17,485 nucleotides of DNA from Breznakia blatticola (GCF_004365815.1 NZ_SODD01000048.1:1-17485); one strand, 5' to 3'; shown: positions 8,386 through 15,050, numbered from the stretch's first letter. The notes: generated from the letters alone by a model not told the origin. A program made the numbers and translations.

Positions 8386-10201
8386 ACTCTACGGTTACTG
8401 ATTTTGCAAGGTTTCTTGGTTGGTCGATTTCACAACCACGTAAGTTTGCCACTTGATAACTTAATAACTGTAATGGAACAACGCCTACAATACCTTGAAT
8501 TAAACGATTTACCTTAGGAATACTAATTTTATAATCATAGTAATCTTGTGCAACTTGTAAGTCTTCACGCACAACTAATATCACATTGGCTCCACGAGCT
8601 TTTACTTCTTTGATATTACTTATTGTCTTTTCATATAAACGCTCTTCTGTGCAAATCGCTACAACTGGCGTTCCTTTTTCAATTAATGAAATCGTTCCGT
8701 GCTTTAATTCTCCTGCTGCATATGCCTCACTATGAATATATGAAATCTCTTTTAGTTTTAAGCTACCTTCCATGCAAAGTGCATAATCTAAGCCACGTCC
8801 AATAAAAAATACATTGTTGTGGCGAGAAATGATTTTTGCAGCTTTGACATATTGCACATCATCAATCATATGTTGTAGCATATCCGGCAGTTGTTGAATC
8901 TCTTTAATGATTTCATTTGCTTGTGCTTTACTTACTTTACCATGTACATACGTAAGATTTAATGCCACTAAAGATAATAATGCTACTTGTGTACAATATG
9001 CTTTAGTCGTTGCAACTGCAATTTCAACTCCTGCATGTGTATATGCAACATACTTCGCTTCACGAGCAATACTACTTCCTACCACATTTACTATAGCCAT
9101 CGTATCAACACCTTGTTGTTTCGCTAATAATAAAGCTGCTAAACTATCTGCAGTTTCTCCACTTTGACTTACCACTAGTACAAGTGTATTTACATCATAG
9201 ATTGGATCTTTATAACGATATTCACTTGCAATTTCTACATCGACACGAACACGCGCAGCCGATTCAATTAAACTTTTTGCGATCATTCCTGCATACATTG
9301 CACTACCACAAGATACAATATGAATTTGTTGGTATTTTGATAAATCAGGTAGTGATGCTACAAGTTGATCAATATCATCTTGTACATAACTAAACATGGT
9401 TTCACGAACCACCCGTGGTTCTTCATGAATTTCCTTTAACATAAAATGTTCATATCCATCTTTAGCAATTGCACTTGCATCCATCGTTGCCGTTTTAACT
9501 TCATAATCAACGGCATCTAAATCAAGTGTATACACTTGAATTTCATCTTTACGAAGTACTGCAATTTCATCTTGATCAAGTAAAATATACTGTTTTGTAT
9601 ATTTCAAAATAGCTGGCACATCGCTTGCGATATAATTCTCATTTTCACCAACAGCAACAATCAGTGGTGAATTTCTACGCATCGCATACAGTGTATCTTG
9701 TTCATCTGAAAAAATAATTCCAAAGGCAAATGAACCGCGAAATGCTCGATTGGCTTCTTGCAATGTTGCTAGTTTATCTAAGCCTTTTGCATACACATAA
9801 TCAATATACGCTGCTGCAATTTCTGTATCTGTTTCACTTTCAAAGACATAGCCTTGTTTCAACAGTACTTCTTTTAGTTCCCCATAGTTTTCAATGATTC
9901 CATTATGAACTAATGTCACCTTGCCATGATGATGTGGGTGCGCATTACTTTGATTTGGGATTCCATGAGTTGCCCAACGTGTATGTGCAATTCCTAATAC
10001 ACTTGATGGTACTTGCAAATCCTGAATCTTCTTTTCCAGATTTGCCACTTTTCCGCGTGTTTTTATTACACGCACTTCTCCATTGACGATACTCGCCATT
10101 CCCGCTGAGTCGTATCCACGATACTCAAGCGACTTTAAGCCGTCCAAAAGGACTTGGTTTGATTTGGGGTTTATTCCAACATAACCTACAATTCCGCACA
10201 T
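8384..10201 (-). CDS. glmS: Glutamine--fructose-6-phosphate aminotransferase (isomerizing)
   Basis: 605-aa ORF starting MCGIVGY (N-terminal nucleophile Cys2), followed by two SIS domains and the C-terminal LAKSVTVE typical of GlmS. SD GGAGGAAAAG upstream. Preceded by a glmS ribozyme. Confidence 0.97.
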   Translation of the reverse strand: MCGIVGYVGINPKSNQVLLDGLKSLEYRGYDSAGMASIVNGEVRVIKTRGKVANLEKKIQDLQVPSSVLGIAHTRWATHGIPNQSNAHPHHHGKVTLVHNGIIENYGELKEVLLKQGYVFESETDTEIAAAYIDYVYAKGLDKLATLQEANRAFRGSFAFGIIFSDEQDTLYAMRRNSPLIVAVGENENYIASDVPAILKYTKQYILLDQDEIAVLRKDEIQVYTLDLDAVDYEVKTATMDASAIAKDGYEHFMLKEIHEEPRVVRETMFSYVQDDIDQLVASLPDLSKYQQIHIVSCGSAMYAGMIAKSLIESAARVRVDVEIASEYRYKDPIYDVNTLVLVVSQSGETADSLAALLLAKQQGVDTMAIVNVVGSSIAREAKYVAYTHAGVEIAVATTKAYCTQVALLSLVALNLTYVHGKVSKAQANEIIKEIQQLPDMLQHMIDDVQYVKAAKIISRHNNVFFIGRGLDYALCMEGSLKLKEISYIHSEAYAAGELKHGTISLIEKGTPVVAICTEERLYEKTISNIKEVKARGANVILVVREDLQVAQDYYDYKISIPKVNRLIQGIVGVVPLQLLSYQVANLRGCEIDQPRNLAKSVTVE

Positions 10202-10254
10202 ATTTACTTTTCCTCCACGATAAAAAAGCCTTTTTTAAAAGGTCTACTTTTGTT

Positions 10255-10395
10255 GTGGTGGCAAAGTAATTTTTAAACCCTATTATATTGGTCTTTGTTT
10301 TACTTCTAACGAATCACCATATCCGCGATAGTACCCGCCGAAACTTTCGATAACTACCGACCTCGTCAACAACCTATGTTGTCCTGGCGCTGATT
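10255..10395 (-). ncRNA. glmS ribozyme (GlcN6P-dependent cis-regulatory ribozyme-riboswitch) in the glmS 5' UTR
   Basis: Minus-strand RNA reads A|GCGCCAGGAC AACAUAGGUUGUU GACGAGG UCGGUAGUUAUCGAAAGUUUCGGCGGGUACUAUCGC .... This matches the conserved core as I recall it from B. subtilis (AGCGCC.GAAC, P1 hairpin, GACGAGG, UUAUCGAA.UUUCGGCGG). A peripheral P3/P4-like helix follows (GGUG...AGAAGUAA...UUACUUU..CCACC). The predicted cleavage site is between 10391 and 10390. Confidence 0.9.
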
Positions 10396-10419
10396 ATGCA
10401 ACTGGCATAACTGGTTTCC

Positions 10420-10448
10420 ATTATAAAGAATAAATACTCAAAAGTCTA
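10420..10448 (-). promoter_or_regulatory. Candidate sigma-A promoter for the glmS ribozyme-glmS transcript
   Basis: Minus strand TAGACT - 17 nt - TATAAT. The -10 lies about 28 nt upstream of the ribozyme cleavage site. Confidence 0.45.
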
Positions 10449-10472
10449 CTGCAACTACAACATCTACGTATG

Positions 10473-10494
10473 AAAAAAGCTACCCGAAGGTAGC
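10473..10494 (-). terminator. Intrinsic terminator after the PII-like gene
   Basis: Minus strand GCTACC-TTCG-GGTAGC (perfect 6-bp stem, UUCG tetraloop) followed by TTTTTT, 3 nt after the stop codon. Confidence 0.85.
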
Positions 10495-10497
10495 AAA

Positions 10498-11199
10498 TTA
10501 TTCTTCATTTTGTAATTCTAAACCACTAACAAACTGAGCAGGCAAAGTAAATATCACCTTTTCACGGTCTTCAGCTAGTGCTTGCATCACCGCATTTGCA
10601 ATACGATCTTTTTCATGACTTGCAACTAAAATTGTGGTTACATCTTTTTTATCCTGTAATGACATACCAAAGAATTTTCCAAGTTCTTTACTTCCTTTTC
10701 GTAATGCATGGAACGTTGTTCCACCAGTTGCACCTGCTTCACGCGCAGCTTCCATGATTTGTTCGTTTCGTCCTTCTTCACTCAAGATGACAAGTAATTC
10801 ATGATTTGATTGTGTTTCCATAGTTTCTCCTGTTATATCATTTTGCCACTTATGTGCAATTTTCTTATCTTTACAAATTGTAGGTACCATCATTGATGAA
10901 ATTGGAATTGAAAATGCAATTCCTGCACCACGTCTAGCTAAGTGCAAATGTTCACTTAGATGACGAATGACAAGTGGAACCCACTGTTTCACCATAAAGC
11001 TAATCACAAAATCATTTTCAATATCACCTAATCCCAACAAATCCATCATCGATGTGCTTGCTGTTCCCTTAGCTTTGATGACAAATTGGCGAGGGACACG
11101 TAATTCACGTAATGCATCAGTTACAATTTTTCGTCGTTTATGATTCACGATAACAACAAGGACATGTAAATCCTGAAAACGAGCATCTAGTTGTTCCAT
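10498..11199 (-). CDS. Tandem (two-domain) PII-like signal-transduction protein, function unknown
   Basis: 233-aa soluble ORF made of two ~93-aa halves (res ~11-103 and ~133-225). Each has a beta-alpha-beta / long loop / beta-alpha-beta pattern. Half 2 resembles GlnB/PII (LLVILS...IMEAAREAGATGGTTFHALRKG...VTTILVAS...IANAVMQAL...VIFTLPA). Half 1 aligns but is degenerate (VLVVIVN...VTDALRELRVPRQFVIKAKG...). SD GAGGAGGA sits inside the upstream gene and the junction reads TAG-ATG. Confidence 0.7.
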   Translation of the reverse strand: MEQLDARFQDLHVLVVIVNHKRRKIVTDALRELRVPRQFVIKAKGTASTSMMDLLGLGDIENDFVISFMVKQWVPLVIRHLSEHLHLARRGAGIAFSIPISSMMVPTICKDKKIAHKWQNDITGETMETQSNHELLVILSEEGRNEQIMEAAREAGATGGTTFHALRKGSKELGKFFGMSLQDKKDVTTILVASHEKDRIANAVMQALAEDREKVIFTLPAQFVSGLELQNEE

Positions 11200-12714
11200 C
11201 TATTCGTCCTCCTCTCCAAGCAAAACAGGAAACGAATCTGCTTCTGTTGCTTTTGATTTAAATAATCGAACATTGGTTGAATAAATCAACCCTAATACTT
11301 GCACCGCAATAAGTGGTACAACTGCGACCATTGCCACAATCCCAAAGGCATCACTCATGATATTTCCACCGACAGCTTCACAAGCTCCCATCGCAAAGGG
11401 AAGTAGGAATGTAGAAGTCATGGGTCCACTTGCAACTCCACCACTATCGAAGGCTATCCCTACATATATTTTAGGCACAAAGAAACTTAATGCCAAGGCA
11501 ATTCCATATAATGGAATTAAAAACCACATAATGTGAAGTCCTGTAAGTACACGTAACATCGCTAAACCAACCGAGATAGCAACTCCAATGGATAAAGTAT
11601 ACTTCAATGCTTTTGCGGATATTTCTCCATCAGATACATCTTCAACTTGTTTATTTAACACATGTACAGCAGGTTCAGCTGCCACAATAAAGTATCCAAT
11701 TAACATCCCAAGTGGAATTAGTAAAATTCGTAAGTTTTCACTTGCAAGTTCACTACCAAGTAGTTTCCCTACCGGAATAAACCCTGCATTTACTCCTGTT
11801 AAAAACAAGACCAGTCCAGCAAAGGTATAGATAAATCCAACACTCATTTTCATCAGTTGTCGTTTTCGAAATTGCTTTGTGAATAGTTGAAACAAAATAA
11901 ACACTATACCTAAAGGCAATAATGCACGTGCGACTTCACCTACAATAATTGGTAATTCATGTGCAAAGACTTTTGCGACATCCTGCATCGTATCAAGTTG
12001 TGGCACAATTACTGGATCGTAGGTTGCTTCACTTGGATGATAGATAATTCCAAGTAACATCACAGCGATAATAGGACCAATACTACATAAAGCAACAAGT
12101 CCAAAACTGTTCTCATTGGCATCTTTATCATTGGAGCGACTTGCTAGACCAACTCCAAGTGCCAAAATAAAAGGCACAGTGATTGGACCGGTTGTTACTC
12201 CTCCTGAATCAAAAGAAACCGGTAGAAAATCATCAGGAACAAATATTGCTAATGCAAACACAAATATATATAAGCCGATAACGAGCTTCGAAAATGAAAC
12301 TTGAAAGATAATTCGTAAAATCGCAATTACCAAAAAGACCCCAACTCCAGCTGCTACTGTGAAAATAATAACATCATCTGGAATACTTGCTACTTGACTA
12401 GCAAGTACATCTAAATCTGGTTCTGCAATGGTAATTAGAAATCCCATCAAAAATGTTGAGAGAATAATCATCCATATCTTTTTCGCTTTTGTAAATTTCG
12501 AACCAATCGCTTCACCCATTGGCATCATCGACATTTCAACACCTAAAGTAAATAAACCCATACCCACGATTAATAATACTGCTCCCACAAAAAATAAAAG
12601 TACCGTATCAGTTGATAGTGGCACTACAAAAATACTTAGGAAAAGTACAATTAACGTGATTGGTAAGACTGAGGACAACGCTTCAGATATTTTTTCTTTT
12701 AGTTTTTTATTCAA
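11200..12714 (-). CDS. Polytopic membrane protein with two DUF1538-type repeats (putative transporter/channel, uncharacterised)
   Basis: 504-aa, highly hydrophobic ORF with a TTG start 7 nt after GGAGGTGA. Clear internal duplication: GMGLFTLGVEMSMMPMGEAIGS / AGLVLFLTGVNAGFIPVGKLLGS; ITIAEPDLDVLASQV / IVAAEPAVHVLNKQV; VSFDSGGVTTGPITVPFILALGVG / IAFDSGGVASGPMTSTFLLPFAMG; FGLVALCSIGPIIAVMLLGIIY / FGIVAMVAVVPLIAVQVLGLIY. The DUF1538 assignment is from memory of this family and its usual PII-gene neighbour. Confidence 0.7.
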   Translation of the reverse strand: MNKKLKEKISEALSSVLPITLIVLFLSIFVVPLSTDTVLLFFVGAVLLIVGMGLFTLGVEMSMMPMGEAIGSKFTKAKKIWMIILSTFLMGFLITIAEPDLDVLASQVASIPDDVIIFTVAAGVGVFLVIAILRIIFQVSFSKLVIGLYIFVFALAIFVPDDFLPVSFDSGGVTTGPITVPFILALGVGLASRSNDKDANENSFGLVALCSIGPIIAVMLLGIIYHPSEATYDPVIVPQLDTMQDVAKVFAHELPIIVGEVARALLPLGIVFILFQLFTKQFRKRQLMKMSVGFIYTFAGLVLFLTGVNAGFIPVGKLLGSELASENLRILLIPLGMLIGYFIVAAEPAVHVLNKQVEDVSDGEISAKALKYTLSIGVAISVGLAMLRVLTGLHIMWFLIPLYGIALALSFFVPKIYVGIAFDSGGVASGPMTSTFLLPFAMGACEAVGGNIMSDAFGIVAMVAVVPLIAVQVLGLIYSTNVRLFKSKATEADSFPVLLGEEDE

Positions 12715-12742
12715 CCAATCACCTCCATATATTTATGTATAT

Positions 12743-12771
12743 ATTGTAACATGAGGGCAATTTCATATCCA
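12743..12771 (-). promoter_or_regulatory. Candidate promoter (TGGATA - 17 nt - TACAAT with TGn extension) for the DUF1538/PII-like operon
   Basis: Minus strand ...TGGATATGAAATTGCCCTCATGTTACAAT.... The extended -10 TGTTACAAT lies about 28 nt upstream of the TTG start, giving a very short leader. Confidence 0.45.
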
Positions 12772-12816
12772 TTCATCCACTTAAACAATTACAAGATTCA
12801 GATAGCGTTCACAAAC

Positions 12817-12850
12817 AAAAAAAACACCCCTCTTACGTGTAAGAATGGTG
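12817..12850 (-). terminator. Intrinsic terminator after tRNA-Leu
   Basis: Minus strand CACCATTCTTA-CACG-TAAGAGGGGTG (about 11-bp stem with one mismatch and one G-U pair) followed by TTTTTTTT. Confidence 0.8.
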
Positions 12851-12863
12851 TAAGTATTTCTAT

Positions 12864-12949
12864 TGGTGCACGGAAAGGGACTTGAACCCTCACGGACGTA
12901 CGTCCACTACCCCCTCAAGATAGCGTGTCTGCCATTCCACCACCCGTGC
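12864..12949 (-). tRNA. tRNA-Leu (anticodon GAG), class II with long variable arm, CCA encoded
   Basis: Hand-folded as GCACGGG TG GTGGAATGGCAGACAC G CTATC TTGAGGG GGTAG TGGACGTACGTCCGT GAGGG TTCAAGT CCCTT TCCGTGC ACCA. It has a 7-bp acceptor stem, anticodon loop TT-GAG-GG, a 15-nt variable arm (GGACG/CGTCC) and a TTCAAGT T-loop. Length 86 nt. Confidence 0.93.
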
Positions 12950-12962
12950 GTTATTTCCATCT

Positions 12963-12990
12963 ATTATACACGATTTTAAATTGTTATCAA
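12963..12990 (-). promoter_or_regulatory. Sigma-A-type promoter for tRNA-Leu (TTGATA - 16 nt - TATAAT)
   Basis: Minus strand TTGATAACAATTTAAAATCGTGTATAAT. The -10 ends 13 nt upstream of tRNA position 1. Confidence 0.55.
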
Positions 12991-13009
12991 AGGGTGAATA
13001 CGTTATAAT
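12981..13009 (+). promoter_or_regulatory. Sigma-A-type promoter for proBA (TTGTTA - 17 nt - TATAAT)
   Basis: Plus strand TTGTTATCAAAGGGTGAATACGTTATAAT. The -10 ends 24 nt upstream of the proB ATG, with SD GAGGTGG in between. Confidence 0.55.
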
Positions 13010-13033
13010 TATGAAAAGTTGAGGTGGACAGAA

Positions 13034-13813
13034 ATGAAACGAATTGTAATTAAAGTCGGCTCGAGTACGATTACGCACAAGAGCGGACTACTAAACCTAA
13101 AGAAGGTTGAAGAACTTACTAAGGTCATTAGTGATCTAAGTAACATGGGAATGCAAACCATTCTTGTCTCTAGTGGAGCAGTTGCTGCTGGAATGGGACG
13201 AATGAATATGAATGAAAAACCCGACTCTGTCCCCGAGAAACAAGCACTTGCATCTATTGGTCAATGTGAATTGATGTATATCTATGATAAATTCTTTTCA
13301 CAATTTGGCAAAGTAGTTGCGCAAATGTTAATGACAAAGCGTGTGCTTGAAGTAGACATGCTTCGTCAAAATGCCATTCGCACATTAAACCAATTACTAA
13401 GTTATAACGTCGTTCCTATTATCAATGAAAATGATAGTGTAGCAACCGAAGAACTCGTATATGGGGATAATGATACGCTTGGTGCCATTACTGCAGAATT
13501 AATCCAAGCAGACTTACTTCTTGTATTAAGTGACATTGATGGCTTATACGATAAAAACCCAAATATGCACGCTGATGCAAAACTAATCCCAGTTGTAGAT
13601 GAAATCACATGCGATATTGAAGCAATGGCTGAAGATACTTCAACGAAAGTTGGAACAGGTGGAATGATCACCAAACTTCAAGCTGCTAAAATTGCTACTG
13701 AAGCAAACTGCGATATGATTATTTGCAACAGCAAAGACTTGCGCGTAATTTATGATGCCGTCGAAGGAAAACAAGTCGGTACATTGTTCAAAAGGAGAAG
13801 TTCTTATGAATGA
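13034..13813 (+). CDS. proB: Glutamate 5-kinase (short form, no PUA domain)
   Basis: MKRIVIKVGSS..., SSGAVAAG, NENDSVATEE, GDNDTLGA, LSDIDGLY and GTGGMITKL motifs. I place the start at ATG 13034 (GAGGTGG SD 6 nt upstream) rather than the TTG at 13019 in the ORF track. Only ~259 aa, so the C-terminal PUA domain of E. coli-type ProB is absent. Confidence 0.93.
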   Translation: MKRIVIKVGSSTITHKSGLLNLKKVEELTKVISDLSNMGMQTILVSSGAVAAGMGRMNMNEKPDSVPEKQALASIGQCELMYIYDKFFSQFGKVVAQMLMTKRVLEVDMLRQNAIRTLNQLLSYNVVPIINENDSVATEELVYGDNDTLGAITAELIQADLLLVLSDIDGLYDKNPNMHADAKLIPVVDEITCDIEAMAEDTSTKVGTGGMITKLQAAKIATEANCDMIICNSKDLRVIYDAVEGKQVGTLFKRRSSYE

Positions 13814-15050
13814 ACTACAAACTAAAGGAAAACTATGTAAAGAAGCAAGTTGGGAGTTAATGAATCTTTCAACTGACACAAAAAATGAGATTCTTGCCGC
13901 AATTGCAACATCATTGATGAAACACGTTGATGATATTCTTGCCGCAAATGCTAAAGATGTTGAAAATGCAGAAGCAAATGGACGTCCTGAAGCATTCATT
14001 GATCGTTTAACATTGGATGAAGCAAGACTGAGTGCAATTGTAAATGGTGTAAACCAAGTAATTTCACTCGAAGACCCAAGTAATAAAATTATCGAAACAT
14101 GGCCACGTGAAGAACTATTCATCAGTAAGAAAAGCGTAGCAATTGGTGTCATCGGAATGATTTATGAAGCACGACCTAATGTAAGTGTGGATAGTGCATC
14201 ACTTTGTTTAAAAAGTGGAAATGTTTGTTTCCTACGCGGAAGTAAAGATACTATCTATTCAAACATAGCACTAGTAAAAGCGATGAAAGAAGGAATTACT
14301 AATACTGGATATAATGAGCACTTTATTGAATTGCTTGAAGATACATCTAGAGAAAGCGCTACTGCATTTATGAAACTTAACGAATATTTAGATTTACTGA
14401 TTCCTCGCGGAGGAGCAAATCTTATTCAAAGTACCATTGCAAATGCGACAGTCCCTATCATTGAAACAGGAACTGGAAATTGTCACGTGTATGTAGACAA
14501 AGAGTTTGACGCAACAAAAGCACTTGCTATTATTGAAAATGCAAAAACACAACGTGTGAGTGTATGTAATGCTTGTGAGAGTGTTTTACTACATAAAGAT
14601 ATTGTAAATCCATTTGCACACAATCTAATCAAAATGTTGAAACGTCACCATGTAATTATTCATGGAGATGAAATCATTCAAGGCTTTGATGATAGTGTTC
14701 TAGCAGCTAATGAAGAAGACTATGGAAAAGAATATCTTGATTATGAAATTAGTATTAAAGTTGTGGATGATGTCAATGAAGCAATCCGACACATCAACCA
14801 CTATAGTACACACCATTCAGACGTGATTGTTACTGAAAACAGTGACAACATGGAAGCTTTCTTAAATCAAGTTGATAGTGCAGTTGTTTATGCTAACGCA
14901 TCAAGCCGCTTCTCTGATGGAGAGGAATTTGGTTTTGGTGCTGAGATTGGTATTTCAACACAAAAGATTCACGCTCGTGGTCCTATGGGCTTAGAAGCAC
15001 TAACAAGCTACAAATATATCGTTAAAGGAAACGGTACCATTCGTAAATAG
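13806..15050 (+). CDS. proA: Glutamate-5-semialdehyde dehydrogenase (gamma-glutamyl phosphate reductase)
   Basis: Starts MNELQTKGKLCKEAS (ATG 13806, SD AAGGAG upstream, 8-nt overlap with the proB stop: ATGAATGA). Aldehyde dehydrogenase-type motifs IYEARPNV, LRGSKD, LIPRGG and VCNACESVLLH (catalytic Cys), plus HHSD and the C-terminal GxG...IRK typical of ProA. Confidence 0.94.
   Translation: MNELQTKGKLCKEASWELMNLSTDTKNEILAAIATSLMKHVDDILAANAKDVENAEANGRPEAFIDRLTLDEARLSAIVNGVNQVISLEDPSNKIIETWPREELFISKKSVAIGVIGMIYEARPNVSVDSASLCLKSGNVCFLRGSKDTIYSNIALVKAMKEGITNTGYNEHFIELLEDTSRESATAFMKLNEYLDLLIPRGGANLIQSTIANATVPIIETGTGNCHVYVDKEFDATKALAIIENAKTQRVSVCNACESVLLHKDIVNPFAHNLIKMLKRHHVIIHGDEIIQGFDDSVLAANEEDYGKEYLDYEISIKVVDDVNEAIRHINHYSTHHSDVIVTENSDNMEAFLNQVDSAVVYANASSRFSDGEEFGFGAEIGISTQKIHARGPMGLEALTSYKYIVKGNGTIRK

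Noticed and set aside
10222-10242. AU-rich hairpin (CCUUU-UAAA-AAAGG) followed by a U-run between the glmS ribozyme and the glmS SD, resembling a terminator/attenuator
   Set aside because: It has only two G-C pairs and is very weak. The glmS ribozyme acts through cleavage-dependent mRNA decay, not termination. This is most likely just AT-rich spacer.
11588-12754. Plus-strand ORFs of 62-108 aa (11588-11830, 12116-12304, 12428-12754) antisense to the DUF1538-type gene
   Set aside because: These are shadow ORFs of a long hydrophobic gene. They have no SD and low-complexity translations with no recognisable motifs. The same reasoning applies to the other 60-134-aa antisense ORFs in the track (e.g. 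830-1015, 1343-1633, 3044-3238, 5156-5574, 8623-9393, 15351-16295, 16479-17420).
12711-12776. 21-codon upstream ORF (MNGYEIALMLQYIHKYMEVIG) whose TGA overlaps the TTG start of the membrane-protein gene, a possible regulatory leader peptide
   Set aside because: The best promoter -10 for the operon lies inside it, so it would probably not be on the transcript. It has no SD and no obvious regulatory codon run.
10473-12949. tRNA-Leu as an integration site, with the DUF1538/PII operon as cargo of a genomic island
   Set aside because: There is no integrase, recombinase or mobility gene. I noticed no direct repeat of the tRNA 3' end. The flanking genes (glmS, proBA) are core housekeeping, and composition looks uniform by eye.
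12950-13033. T-box or other riboswitch leader upstream of proBA, and a c-di-AMP (ydaO-type) riboswitch upstream of the DUF1538/PII operon (12715-12742)
   Set aside because: Both predicted leaders are only about 20-30 nt, far too short for these RNA classes, and none of their conserved motifs are present.
13640-14152. 170-aa minus-strand ORF antisense to the proB/proA junction
   Set aside because: It lies entirely inside two well-supported plus-strand genes. The translation is Ser/Phe/Ile-rich low complexity, as expected from reading an AT-rich gene backwards. No SD or promoter.
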